A stretch of 64,000 nt of DNA from Antechinus flavipes (GCF_016432865.1 NC_067399.1:617396001-617460000); one strand, 5' to 3'; shown: positions 1 through 14,845, counted from the stretch's first letter. The notes: a model not told the origin generated them from the letters alone. Numbers and translations: made by a program.

Positions 1-759
1 ACATGAGTTCTGAAGTCTAATTGTATTTGGAGAGTAAAATCATTTAAAATAATTAAATATTGACATACACAAACGTGGAGATGTGAACAAACCAAAATTT
101 AAGAAAAATTTCATTAATAATAAAGTATTTCTAGTGCTACTCTCTTAATGTCTGTATTGTGTAAAACTATAGGCATTAAATATTGGGCTAAAACTTCCTG
201 TTCTACCTAGTCCTATAGTTGTCACTGTGATGCCAGGACTGATGATTATGGTTTACATAGCACACTGATACCTGTTGTTATTAATTGAAATTTACATTGT
301 AAAATTAGCTTTTTATCATGTCATTGTAATTGTCCTCATTTATTCTGTTTGGAATTGTATAATGAAAGGGGATTGTTTCTACTAGCAGCTGCTTGAGGAC
401 AGCTCCCTAGGATGGGGCACTTGAAGGGCTAGGAATCTTCTTGACAGCAGGTGGTAACACTGAAGTTGGTTTGAAATGGAGAACTTTGCTGAGGTGTGAT
501 TGAGTAGTAGTTGAAATGATTAATAAAGTGGAGGAAACACAACCTTACAGGAAAAGGTAGGCTAAGTAAAATAAGTAAGGCATTTAGTGATAGCATTTGA
601 AAAGACCTTAGAGAACATCTAATGCAGTTTTCAACTGAACACACAGATCTTTTTCATTCCTGATAAATGATTTCTAGTTTCCTCTTGAATACTTTTGTTG
701 ATAAAGAGCTCATTGTACATGGGTATGCATATGTACACATGCACACATATAGGAAGGAA

Positions 760-1010
760 CCAACATTTACTAAACACTTAATATTAATCTAAGTTCTCTA
801 CAAGTATCTCATTGGATCCTTACAACAATTGGTTATAAATAAATACACATTTTACATTTGAACAAATTGAGGCAGATTAAATGACTGCTAATTATCACAT
901 AGCTACTAAATGTTAGAAATCAGATTTGAACTTGGCTCTTCTCCGACTCTAGTCCCAGCTCCCTCTCTACTGCACCCATCTAGGTATGCTGTATATATAT
1001 ACATACACAT

Positions 1011-1046
<36 letters not shown>

Positions 1047-1172
1047 ATTAGTTTTAAGCTTCTTGAGGGCAGGGAGTGTTGTTGCCTTTCTTTGTATCTT
1101 CAGTACTTGGTGGGCACTTAGCACAGTGCTTAGCACATGATAGACACTTAATAAATGCTTATTGATTGACTG
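760..1172. mobile_element. MIR (minus, about 760-980) and L2 3' end (plus, about 1045-1172) separated by a (CA)n tract
   Basis: MIR core (ttttaca...gaggca...gatttgaact) and L2 tail (cttagcacagtgc...cttaataaatgctt). Confidence 0.6.
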
Positions 1173-2042
1173 ATAGTGTTTACATGCATACCATGTAAGG
1201 CTGCTCATTTCATAGGTAGTAATAGGGACTGATCTGTGACTTTGATTGGTAGAGGGAATATGCTGTAGGTGAGGGAACTCCTTTTGCCATTCAGGTCAGC
1301 ACTTTCTGTAATGTATCATCTTAGAAAGTTGTTTAAGGTATTGAAGTTAAATGATTTGTTCATAATAACAAAACCACAGTATCTTCCTGATTCATGGGCA
1401 ATTGTGTATCCAATGTGCCTTAGTAACCTCTCATATTTTGAATTAGATACAAACACACATACACATGTACAAGCATATGTACATGGGGATATATATAAAC
1501 TTCATTAATGATGGGATTCAAGATAAAGGCTAGAGGGCCCTACCTGTGTATACAGATGCACATATATGTTTGATAAAACAGGCTATATAATTTTGTGATA
1601 ACTCTATATTTGTTAGAACTGTTTTGTACATCATGCAGCTCAATATAGTAGTAAGCTGTAAGAGTCCAAATAGTTGTATTTGCCTAAAGTCCATCTCCAC
1701 TTACCAAGTCTCTTTCTCATTTTGTTCTTTGCAATAGCTCTGTAGTCATTTCAATGTAGTGCAGAGATGTCAGGCACTCCCCAGAGCACCCCCATAATTG
1801 GGAAATGTTTAACAAGATAAAATAATAAAATAAAAATACAATACACACAGATGTTATTTATGGTTCCTAAATGAATATTCAGCTCAGATCCATTTCTACT
1901 TGACACTACTGGTGTAGTGGGCAGAGTATGCAACTTAGAGGTAAGCGAGACTGGAATTCAAACTTCACCATAAATGTCCTTAGGCAAGGAACAGTCAACC
2001 ATATCCATAATCTCATTTCTTCATCTTCAGAATGAGCATACT

Positions 2043-2680
2043 TGTTGTGTTCTGCTTTCTACAGCCCCCCCAAGTTGGAGTGATTAAAATATTGAATCCT
2101 GCTTTCTAGAGCCCCCATGCCAGGGTTATTAAAACATACCTTCCTAGTGGAGAAGTGATGAGGCAGGACTCCCCAAAGATGGTGGGAAAGTGGAGCCTAT
2201 TTTATTTCAAAGGCTTTCCCCTTTTTTATAATGTTTAAAAAACAACAACAACAACACTGAGCACATGGGACCACATAAACAACTTGCTATTGTACATAGT
2301 TTGCCACCTGATATCACTCTGCTTCAATCTCAACACAGGTTGTCACCACCCCCTGACTTCTCGGGAAAGCTGAGAGCCCTTAGGCGAGATGGGGAGCCGA
2401 AGCAGACATTGTCAGCAGGTTCCCTCTGGTTGTGAAAGGTCTTATACCTCGCCCAGAGTTTCCCCACTGACTGTGACCCTCTACACATTCTAATACTTAT
2501 ACTAACTTTCTCACCAGGCTCTATATAAATGTGAATCATTCAACCGTGTCATGGCCTTTCCGAGTTTTGGTGTCTTCTCTGTGATCTTGCCTTTTGTTTT
2601 CTCTAGAATAATCACCTAGAATTAATACAGCTGTTTGAGATCCTTCATTTGCTTTGATGCTCAATATTTAATCAGTATCA
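2043..2680 (+). mobile_element. Probable solo LTR of another family
   Basis: TG start and CA end; GC-richer than flanks; internal 47-bp-period repeat (ctgctttcta.agccccc at 2052 and 2099); TATATAAA at about 2523; no TSD found. Confidence 0.45.
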
Positions 2681-4161
2681 TTTCTAAAATGTCATTCCCA
2701 GAAATGAGTCTAGCACTCCAAAGTTGGTCTTACTATCGTAAGTTACAATGGGAGTATTTTCTGGAGAGTTGTTGTGGTCCAGTGGAGAGAACACTGAGGC
2801 TTGACTCTGAGGATCTGAATTTGAATCTTTGTGCTGTCCCATGCTAGGTCACAATGATGTTGAACATGCCCATTAACCTTCTCTGAAACTCAGTTTTTTT
2901 CATTTGGAAAATGAACAGATTGAACTAAATGACTTCTGAGGTTTCTTTAGATTAGCTTGTGCTTCTCTGATCATGTTTCATATCTCACATGGGAAGAATA
3001 GTCAATAAATCTGTCAGTCTTTTATTATTTATTAAATGCCTACTATGTGCCAGGCATTGTGCTAAAATATAAAAATAATGTTCTATGTTTGTAGGGTAGT
3101 ATTTCACAGAGGTACAGTATTATTATCATTAAAATGTTTGGAAAAGTTCTATAACATGAGAGTCAGTTTGTTTATTGAAACATGCCTAAGCATTTCATTT
3201 TCAAAGCTAGATCAAAGAGTGTAGTAGAGGTGAAGCTGTGTTGTTTCATGTTGTAGCACTTTAGTTTGTATATTCCCAGAAATGAATTCATAGTGATGAT
3301 ATTTAAACTCTGTTCATTATAAAGATTACATAAAATAGTTTTCCTGTGAATGCTGTATATCAATCACTTATATTCATATGTGGATATGTATATAGATGTA
3401 TATAAAGATATAATCTTTATCTAAATTATACTTATTTCCAAAGAAGAATTCAGCTGAGGATAACTTAAGAAAAATATGGTGTTTTTGAATTAGAAAGTAA
3501 TAGCTAAATAGCCAGTAGTTTTACTTTAAGTTAAACTATGCTGTCTTAGTGTAAAGTTAAGCAAGAGACTTAGTAAGAAATAACAAATTAGTACAGACTG
3601 ATTAGGGGCATGGAGGAACCTCTGTCCCCCTGCTAATACAGAAACATGAAGAGGTCCAAGGGATCCACTGTCTCCTCCTTCAGCATCTAGATCTGTGATT
3701 CTCAGACTCTTTTTATTATACTGTGCCTCTCTTCATCAATCTAGTACTTTGGTTTTTTAATATCCTATGCTTAGGTAGTCTATTTCTCTTTATCATAATT
3801 CATATGGTTTCCTAAAGAAATGGAAAACAGAAAAAGTAAATATTAACATGTGGCTGAACTCAAACGTCTTTGGTTTTAATTTAAATTCAGTGTAGGTAAA
3901 CATGTCAGTGACTGCTCTTTGTGAAAGAGGAGAATGATTATGTTTTCTGGATAACTTAAAGGCAGTAAGTCAATTTAACAACCTTATGAATAAAAGAATA
4001 CAGTAGATCAGAATTTCTGTTGCCTTCATTTTCACCAAAAAGAAAAATATAATTAACAAACTAATGAAAATAGAGCCACTGAGAAAATCATGTGGGATTT
4101 ATTGAATCCGTACATACAATTTGGCTTGTTTAAAAAAAAAAAAAAGACAAAAACGTGGTAG

Positions 4162-4311
<150 letters not shown>

Positions 4312-5964
4312 TAATAACAGAAATGGTTCCCTTTCTTTTGGCTGACTTCAGGGAGTGAAGGAGTTTTCCCTCTTTTTTGTATACCCTGAGTTGATTTTCA
4401 GTTTGTGAAGCATAATAACTGAATAGAAACAACAAAATGAGTCATTTTGACAGCCTTTGTAATGGTGATACTGACCAGATCACTCTCTATGTTTTTCATC
4501 TGTGCCTATTCAAAAAAGCCTTTGACAGAGAACCTCTGGATCTGGGTAGCTTCTGTCTCTCAATGCAGACAGGCGCTGATTGTAGACTGACAGCAGTGCA
4601 GTTTCTAGGGTATAATCTTGACAAGTTGTCAGCAAGCATTTCTTTTTCCTTTTTTCTCCATAGTTGTTCTGCCCCAGATGTTGACCAGATTTGAGATGCT
4701 TCTCTGCTGCTGACTGCTGTGTTTTGGTCTGAGAGCCAGTCATCTAAAACGGATTGATAAGAGAGACCTCTCTCTTATAACTAGCAGTAATTTTATTTTG
4801 AGGCAGTGAACGTGTTTTTCTCGTTGATGTCTTTTTTCTTCTTTTAGAGATATTGATTTAGTTTATTCAGTCATTATTCCTATTCTATTCCACTGTGTTT
4901 TTGTCTTAATTTTGGGAAAATTGAAAATCAAAACCCTCTATGTGCTTTATCATTTTATGACATCATCAGTGAACTTTTTATTTTTAGTAACCTTTTTATA
5001 GTCTCATAGTTGAGAAATGAGCATGTATTTTGGCTTCTCTTCCCCACATCCAGTAGAATATACATTAATATTATCACAGAATCTCAAGGTTAGAAGGGCC
5101 TTCAGAGACCATCTAGTCCAAATACTACCAAAACAAGAATCCATTCTCTTAGATACTTGGCAAATGTTTGGTGTTAGGAAAGAAACTGGTGAAGTCGGGC
5201 AGTTTTACAGAAAGGGGGGGCTGACATTTTATGACATGCTTTTTTGAGGGGTGGGAAAGTGAATGTGGTCTTATATTCCCTTAATTTAAATGACTGGTAC
5301 AGGTTGATATTTGAACATTGCTTAATGTTTTTATTAAGGTTCCTAACTGTTTTATGTTCTTTTTTCTAGTTATTATGTATTTTTATTTAAAAGATATAAT
5401 GAAACTGTGATAATTTTAAAATGACCTTTTAGAATTAACTAAAATTAAAATGCTGCAAGGAGGGGAAACCGGTTCAGTTTTTAATTGCTTTTTCGTCTTC
5501 TTTTGACTGCTAATTAGCAGTTATAATAATCATAAGTAGCATTTATGTAGTCCATACTCTGTGCCTGGTATTGTGCTAAGCTCTTTACAATTATTATCTC
5601 ATTTGATTCTCACATCATTCCTGGGAATTAGGTACTTTTATTATCCCACTTTACAGAAGAAGAAAATGAAGCAGACAGAATTAGACACTGTCCCAAGCTG
5701 GGAAGTTACTTGGTCCAAATTTGAATTGAAATCTTCCTGATTTCAAGCCCAGAGCTCAAGGCACCATATCCATCCAGCTCCTTGAACTGATACTTGGAGT
5801 ACAATTGAATCTTTTGAGAATTCTCTTTTGAAATCTTTATTTGCCTCCATATCTTATCCTCTTTTTTGACAGACCAGGTCTAATTATTTATTCTAAGCTG
5901 ATGTTCATTATTACTTGCTCCACAATAAAAAATGAATCATTCTTTTCTACCCTTTTCTTAGGCC

Positions 5965-8340
5965 ATAATCAATCAACAAGCATCTATTAAATGCCTGCAT
6001 GTGCTAGGCCCTGTGCTAGGGATTTGGGGTACAAAAAGAAATGTGATTCAGCCTATTCCTTCAAGGACCTTGCATGATATGAAGACATTATAGTGTGTTC
6101 TCAGATAAGACCTAAAAGATCTATGCAAATTATATTCAAAGTGATTGAAAAGGGAGAAACCAATAATTGGAGGAAGCAAGAAAGCCATCTTGCTGGGAGG
6201 AAAGAATTCTGAGCACTGGAATTGAGGAAAACAGTATTCCAAGGTTTTGGGGTTGCAAAGGCATAGAAGTAGAAGATGGAATGTTGGGCTGGGCAGCAGC
6301 CAAGAACCCAGTGTGACTAGAGTAATTTAATCATCAAATTGAAGCTAGATTATGAAGGACTTTCCTTGTTAAGCAGAGGAGCTTATAATTTAATCTTAAA
6401 AGCAGTCAGAAGCCATTGAATCTTTTGTGGTAGAAGAATAATAGTGTAAGACCTTTGTTTTAGGAGTATGCACTTGGTAGCCATGTGGAGATTGGATTAG
6501 AGAAGGAATCTGAGGGGAGAAGTGATAAGGAATTGAGGTAGGGTAGTTGTGATAGTAAAGAGGAAGGGGAATGATGTGAGAGATACTGAACAGGTGGACT
6601 GAACAAGGTGAGGAACTAATTGCATGTGGGGAGGGGGGGTAAGTTGAAAAAAGAGTTGAAGATCACAGCATCATGGATACAAAGCTGGAAGGGACCTTAG
6701 AAATATTCACATTTAACTCAATCATTTTAAAAATGAAGGTATGGGGCACAGCAGTTAAGTGATTTGCCACAGGCACTAAATGTCTGAGGTAGAATTTGAA
6801 GCCAAGTTTTGCTAACTTTAAATCCCGTGTTCTTTATGTCTGTCTAGTACATAATGCTGTCTCTCCATTAACCTAGAATTTACAAACCTTGAGTGCCTGG
6901 GAGGAATACTCGGGGCCTAAACAGAGAAATTAGAAAGAAAACTTGGTTAAGGTGAATATAGTGAATTGCATCTATTAGAAATCTTTCTGAATTTTTCCTT
7001 TCTCAAACGTTAATTTATATACTAACAAAGTCCAATGTTGCATTCCTCTCCCCTTGCCCCACCCCAGGAGAATGTAAACATCTTGAGGTCAGCGAGTATT
7101 TTTTTTTTTAAATTTTTGAGTTTTTTGTTTTGTTTTTTGAGTTTGAGATACATTTGGGACATGGGTAGAATGTGTAGTAGGTAATTGGAGGTGTTGGAGT
7201 GAAACTTTGAAGAGGGAAGAGGACTAGATTTATAGATTTTGTAGTCTGCTTCAGGGAGATAATAATTGGATCCCTAGGAAGCTGATTTTTTTCTTTTCTG
7301 TCCTTCTGATTTTGGAAAATGGAGTGAATCATTAACCCAGGATGTGGGGCATGGATGATGAACTTGTAAAAGAGACTGAGGATTGTTCTGATATAGAAAG
7401 AGAACCTTAACTGAACAGAATCATGAAAGCCAAGCATGGAGAGTCAGTATTGTTAAATACTGAAGAGAAGTCATGAAGAATGAGTACAGAGAAAAGATTG
7501 TTGAAATTAGTAATAAAGAGATTAATGATTTTAGAGCAGTTTCTATCAAGTATCTATTGGTGGAAATGATTTCATTTAGTTGGGGAGTGATTGGGAGGTG
7601 AGAGTGAAGGCAATATGTATAGTCTGCTGTTTTTTGTTTTGTTTTATTTTGTTTTGTTTTTTGAAGTGAGAAGAGGCTGATAATTTTTGAAGATCTGCGG
7701 AAGGTATTTTAAGGACGGGGGAGATTTGGACACATTTAAAGACAACAGGGAAGGAGCCATTAGATGTAGCGAGAACACTAAAGAGGACATGTTTAAATGG
7801 ATATACTCTCAGGAAAGCAGAACAGCATGACATCAAAGTCCTAAGTAGAAGATTGGCATTGGCAAGGGGAAAGACTTTCTCATCATGTTAGACTGCAACA
7901 AGGTAGATAAGGAAGAGGATACTAGGATGCTTAGAATTATGACTTCAAGGAGAAGCAGCAGCTTCAGTTTTTTTCAGTTAAGCCAAATTGAAGTCCTCTG
8001 CTGAAAAGGATGTGACTGATGTATAATGTAGTCATGAGGGAAGAATAGAAAGATTAATGAGTAGATTGAAGGCCCAGGTGAGGTTGGGTCACATTAATTT
8101 ATAGTGGTCTTGGGCAGCAAAGTGCAATAACTTCCTCTATTTGTATTTAACACTACGTGAGAGGTGTCTACCATACTGCAAGTAGAGAAGGTGGGTGATT
8201 AAAGGGGGAATTTAGAAAGTATTGAATGGTCATAGGGCAGCGGGGCAAGGGATTCAAGAATTGAAGATGGAATGAAGTTTAATTGATTAATGAAAGGGCC
8301 ACGATTTTGACAGATATGTAGGGCCAAAGCAGATGTGGTG
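5965..8340 (-). mobile_element. Degraded L2 with nested MIR-like SINEs
   Basis: L2 3' end (aatcaatcaacaagcatctattaaatgcc...) followed by purine-rich L2 RT-like sequence. Confidence 0.6.
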
Positions 8341-10576
8341 CCTGGTCTGGGGATGTCTTATTTGAATGGCAATTTTAAAAAAAGATGAAAAGAGAATTGG
8401 CTTATATATAGGAGTACAAGATTCCTTTAGTAAGACATTCCACTTGAAGTAAACAAAGCAACTACAAATCAGCACTCTAGGAATGCTGACCTTTTATTAC
8501 AATATAATTCAAAGAAGAATTATTTAACCCTATTCCTTGGAATTTATTAAAGATGAATGGTGCTCACATGAAATTCTACGCTGAAATGGAAGTAGATTTA
8601 AAGAAGGGCCTAAATGCTTTTGCCACTACTAATTGTTCCCACCATGCCCCCAGAGAGTGAGAGAGTTTTGTATGTCAGTAGTAGAAACCTCCTTGTATTT
8701 TGTATAAATTGTTTTTAGCTAAATGACTATTACAAAATCTCTTTTAGCAATATTGTCATTGCTTTTTATTTTTTGAGTTGAAATTGACAGACTTAAAAAA
8801 CTGAAGATGTTCCTTTGGAAACATAACTCACTAAACATATGGAAGTATTCAAACGATTTTCTTATAATATACATATTTCCTGAATTCGAGGAACCTCATT
8901 GTAACACAGTTTTTATAACTAGTAGAAAGTGTTTTAAAGATTATTTCAAGAAAAGTCACTCCTGTGAGACCTATTGTGTTGAGTATAGTGATTTCTGTAC
9001 AAAATTCGACATGCTATCTTTTTATTCAAAGAATGAATGGTGTGTACCATAATTTTTTTTTCTCAGTTTATACCAAAATATATTCAGCTTGGTTGTAAAA
9101 CTCCTTATCTTCTCACATCCCTGTACCTACCCAGTAGTCATATAGAGAAAAGCTAGGATCTTTTAAGTAAATCATAAACACTTGTTGATTGGTACAGATT
9201 TATATTTAAGAGAAGATTCAGTAAATGCTAAATAGTAGTCTTCTTTTTATCAACGACTTAAAACATTAAAGGAAAAAAATTTAATTTAGATGCACGAAAT
9301 ATATGTATACACTTGCACTCACGCATGTGTGTGCATGGAATTAGAATGATTAATTTCAAGAATTTAGGAAATAGTTTTTTAGTACTTTTCTGATGCCTCC
9401 TTCAGGATAGAAGGCTAGACTCTGTTTTTTCCATCTCTGAGTTACTGAGTTGGTTTGTCCCCTCATAAGCATTTTTCTTCTGAAAATACAGCATTCATGG
9501 TTTTGTTCCATTATTTAAAAAAAAGACTTAGAATTGTAATTTTATTTTAAATTTCTTAATAAAATAGAAAAAACAACATATGTACACTACACCCATATCC
9601 TTATATCTGAAGACAGGTTGAAATGGAGACGATATCAGTGATGATGACAATGATAACAATACCTTCTTTCTAGGGTTGTTGGGAGAATAAAATGAGATAT
9701 TATTTATAATGCCCTTTGCAAATCTTGAAGCACTATGTAAATGTTAGCCATTGTTCATATGACTATACCAGCATGTAGAATTGTCTTTGATTTAATTAAG
9801 AAGAACATAACTCAGCTTTGTTCATGAGGTTTTTGAATATCATTCCCATAAAAGAGCCATGAACTATCTTTAAAACTAACGCATTTGGTTTTTGTTTTGA
9901 CTATAAATGGTTTCTTGGTTCTTTGGATGTAGGAAGTAGTTAAGAGTTTGTAACATCCATTTAATCTTTGGTTTCATAGGTTATATTTAGAAAAGTAAAA
10001 AATTCCTCATAAAACTTTCTTACAGAAGCATCAGGAAAGATCAGTCACTGAGTTATAAAAGTACTATAAGACAATTTGATTCCTATGTTTGATATGGAAG
10101 GCTGTATAATTTATGATAGTCATGTAAAATATATACAGGGAAATTGAGGGGAAAAAAAGTGGGGATAAAAGACAAATACCTATAGTTAACCCCTACAGAA
10201 AGAAAGCTTTCCAATGAAAGCTTTATAGAGTGTTCCTGTGGCCCAAAAAGAGGCTTACAATGAAGTCCATATTATAGATTGGAATTTTAACTTAAGTTTC
10301 AGCTCCATAATGGTTTGGGATTCTGAGAATTGAAAAGACAAGTTAACTAATCAAAATGAAAACGAATATGTTTATTTAAATTTTCTGAGAAAATTTTTTC
10401 CTCATTTGTTGATTTTTTGGTGATTATTTCCTCCATGATCAAGTTTAGGGTTTAAAATTTTTAAAAAAAAATTTTTTTGGGGGGAGGAGAAAATTGAACC
10501 TTTAGAGATAATTTATTTTATTAATATAAATTTTGAAGTCATTATATGCATATAAAACTAGCTTCATTATTCCTAA

Positions 10577-10729
<153 letters not shown>

Positions 10730-13700
10730 TAGTGGTAGACAAGACTCTCCAAAGTTTTTATGTAATGCTTTTCCCTTTTCATGAACATCTGCTACAAAGA
10801 ATAGAGATAAAAGTCTAGTTTGTTACTATTTCCTGCCATTGATATGAGGTTTATTCATTAGCCTTAGGCTTTTGAGCTTTGAAAATTGTTACAATCTTTA
10901 TTTATTTCAAACCCGAATAAAACATTTTACATAATTCCTTTATGAACTTTTCCATTTGTAGAATGAATATAACAGAGTTAAATTGGGAATTTTGAGAATT
11001 AATAGTAGGATATTTATAAATTACTAGATATTTTTGTAAGAAATGGGTAACATTTTTAGAGATTCATTTGTCAGACTGTAAATACGTTAATTACTGTAGA
11101 GAGCTGGAACTCTGGAGAAGTATACTTGAAACAAGGTGTTAACTCAGTGGAATTAATGAGATAATGGTTTTCTAGTTCATATATATACTTAGTACTTAGC
11201 ATGGTGATGTAATATTTCTCTACATTCACACAATAATCAGTATGCTGTAATGATGTAATTGTACTAAGGTATGTAAGGGCTGAGAAGGACTGGAAAATAG
11301 ACATTCTGTCTTTGACCAGCCTTGTGTTGGCTGACCTGCCTTCATCACTTCTCCACTAAGACCAAGGGCTCAGGCTGATCCCAAGGTCCTCCAGAAAGCT
11401 AGCCCAAACATTATAAATTACCTTGTTAATTTTGTAATTAAGAAAGTTGTATCAAAATTGCAATAATTGAAAAAGCTCAAATAAATTTTTGGCAGATTTA
11501 AGCGGCACAGTAATAGGCTAGTTATTAGTTTGTTTGTTTGTTTTTTTTTAATCTCTTATTCCCAAACCAAATTTGTCTTGGTTAAAGAAAAAACCATATA
11601 TAGATGTATTTGTATTTGTTTAATTATGGACTTAACACATCTAGCCAGGTTTGTGTTTCAAGTGAAAAATTTTAAATGATCTAATGCTGTGATTTTTAAC
11701 AATGTTTTATTATCCATGTAAACCTCTTTTCAAAGGAGATGGTCAGTATATGATAAGATTGGGGTAGGGGAGGTGGGGGGTGTGGGACAGGTGGGGTGAT
11801 TTACTAAAAAGTCACTGCTAGCTGACAAAACAATTAAGTCATTTATTTCTCAGAATTCCTAAGAGACTTCTAACTATTCACTCTAGCTATTATAAACTTA
11901 CACTAAATAGCATTGTAAAAAAAAAAAAAAAACTTCAAGTAAAGGCCATTATCAGTCACCATTAATTGATATTTCTGTTTTCTACAAAAGCAGTTTTCCA
12001 GTTTCTTCTGGAACCCATCCCATTTTACCAGATAAGATTTAGGAAGCTTAACAGTTGCCCTAGGAAAAAAAATTAGTTTATTGTTACTTCCACCAAAGGC
12101 TGTGAGAGATAGTCCATACCTTGGAGAGTTTCACTGAGCATCAATGGAACTATTTCTAAAGAAGAAAGCTTGAAGAACTAAGGCTAAACCAATCCTACAC
12201 TCTTTGGATTGATTTGTAGTAACAGATAGCACCCCTAAGACCATATTATGCCACAGATCTGTCTGCAGTTAGTCTTCAGGGAAATTAGTTTGCCTTTCTT
12301 TAAATTCTCTTCCCTTTTTTGTCATCTAAAAAATACCTGTTGCCTAAAGGATTTTGTCATAAGGTGTTCCATATTATTTTATAAACCACTGTGAAATTAT
12401 TCCTTCCAATCCCATGAAATCCTGTGTAGGACCCTGTCATGTGTACCCTGTCTCATTGCATAGGAAACAAAGAAAAATGAGACAACTTGTTGAACAGAAA
12501 TGTCTTGAGTTAGGCCAGTGACAGAATGTTCTATTCTTAGAATCTGCATTGTATTTACTGCATCTCTTTCTTCTCCATTGGTGGTCCTACTTTGGTAAGG
12601 TCTTGAACTAGCTTTACCAAAGTTCTTTCTTTGAAATTAAAGAGAGTCTAGGGAAGGAAGATGAAAGTTTACCTAGGCTTTAGTTAGGCTTCTTCAATCT
12701 CCTTATTCATATTTGGACTTTCTATTAGGCTTTCTGGCCTATTTTATGTGGATAATATAAGGATCTACCTGTCTGTAAATTAGAATGATATAGGTAAGAA
12801 AGAGGAAAATGTGAAGGAAAAGAAAGTAAAAAAAAAAAAAATCAAGAAGTTGATTCAGTATTCATTAAATGACTAAATAACTTAAATTTTTAGCATACCT
12901 TATTACAAGGAAATGTAAAGCACTACCAATTAGAAAGCTTTAGCTGAGTGGAAGTATTTCTTAAAATTAGTGTCTGGGTCATGTCAATATTTTTGTTTGC
13001 ATAGATATTTTCATTTTTATAGCATTTTATAGGGGTTTTGCCTGTGGAACAAAGTTTTTCAGATTTATTATTATTATTAGTTATTAATTCAGATTATTGA
13101 AAGTGGATTTTCATTTCAAGAATCTGATTTTGTTCATGTCATTCATACATAAGCCCTTTACTCTTTAGATGATTTTCATGAATTGTGGTGACTGAAAAGT
13201 TCACCACCTTGCAGCCAACCTTTTGGTGATTAAGTCTATCCAAAGGTATCTATGCTTGGGCCTTGAATGCCTAGGGTTAGAGTAAATCTTCAGGCCCTTA
13301 TGTGAAGATAGGCTTCTATCTAGCATAGAAGTAACTATTAGAGCCTGCAAATATAGCGTTACCTCTAATACAAAATGAGACATTAGAAGAGAAAATTTCT
13401 GTAAAGGAACATTAATGTATATTTCTTTATTAATGTTTCTTGGCAAAATGTTAACTATGTGCAGACATAGCTTAAATTAAGTATGTAACAAAAGACTTAG
13501 AATGACAGGGAGTGTCTTCTGGTAATAATTTTTCCAAGGATATGATTTCTCCTATTAAGAAATAATTTAAAACTTTTCCACATTTTGAAGTTAAATTGAA
13601 TTTGACCACTATTACATATACTGAAAAGGGTCTCTGGGGGTTTCGTTGGGGATTTGTTTTACCTGTGGTTTTTTAAAGCAAGTTTGCAGAACTACTAACA

Positions 13701-14730
13701 TACTTGAGCTTCTGAGATATTGGCACTGCTAGGGAAGGACAAGCCAGGGTGACTTTTTACTCAGCACATTTTTTTTAAAATCCACTTTGCTTTATTATAG
13801 TACTGCCTAATTAATATCTGTGATGTGATGTTCCCTTAATGGAAATGGCCATTTCATCATCCATATTTGATCCCTGGCTTTCTGCCATCTCGCTGCTTAG
13901 GAGAGTCTTAACCATGTGCCACAATCTATCTGCCTGATCAATTACATTCCTTCAATGATGTATCTTGACTCAGTGGGCTAATGGCTGTGACTGTGCTATT
14001 TGAATTTGTAGAAGAGTCTGAGAAATTGGAAATAAATTAAATTTGACATCATTGTGGAGCATCTGGTTGGCATCAGGCTTTTTAATGAATATGAAACAGG
14101 TCATGCAAACAGGCAAATGCTTTCATCCAGACAATGTTTTCCTTTTATAAAGACGAGAGGTGGATGTTCAGAAACACTAAGGATTTTTTTTTTAATGGTC
14201 TCTGTGTGTAATTTTCTATTATTTGCTATTATCTTATTCGTTGTGGTTTCTTCTCAGGATAACCATGAGCAATAATAGTTTAAGAAAACATTAATTTAGG
14301 AAAAATGGCTCAAACTTCACATTGTTTTTGTGGTTTGAAGAGTAGGAGAGCAATAGATGGATATATATGTAAGTCCTTTCAAATGACCGTCCTCACCGAA
14401 CTTTTCTTTCCTCTCGTGTTCTCTTCTGTGGTGTCTGCCCAGTTGCTCTAGTGCCATCCGGTCTTGATGAGTATTCTTTTGTTTGTTCCTTGTTAGCATA
14501 TAAATCAGGTACTTGGATACCTTAAGGCTTTTAAGCCAAATAAAATGCTGACTACTTAATGGATTGGCTGCCTGCTGATACTATACACTGTCCCAGAAAG
14601 CAAAAAATTCTGCATTATTTCAGCAAAACTGCCAGAGAAACTGTCTGAATACAAATACTTACCCCTTTTCTGAATGTCACCAATATTATTACTATAGCAC
14701 TCGTTCTTTTTTATTGCAATAATTAATAGC

Positions 14731-14845
14731 ATTCTCTCTTTTTCTTCATCCCTTTCCTCTTCTTTCCCCCTTTTCTTTCTTCCCCCCTCTTCTTCAACCT
14801 AATCTCTTCTTCCTTTTTTCCACCTTCTCCCCTTTTTCTTTCTGA
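14731..14845. repeat. Polypyrimidine low-complexity tract
   Basis: Almost entirely C/T on the + strand. Confidence 0.85.

Noticed and set aside
228-272. TGATGA...CTGA resembling C/D snoRNA boxes
   Set aside because: Boxes only about 30 nt apart with no terminal stem
4437-4743. ORFs of 85 aa (+) and 77 aa (-) in intron 12
   Set aside because: No recognisable domain; lengths are within chance expectation
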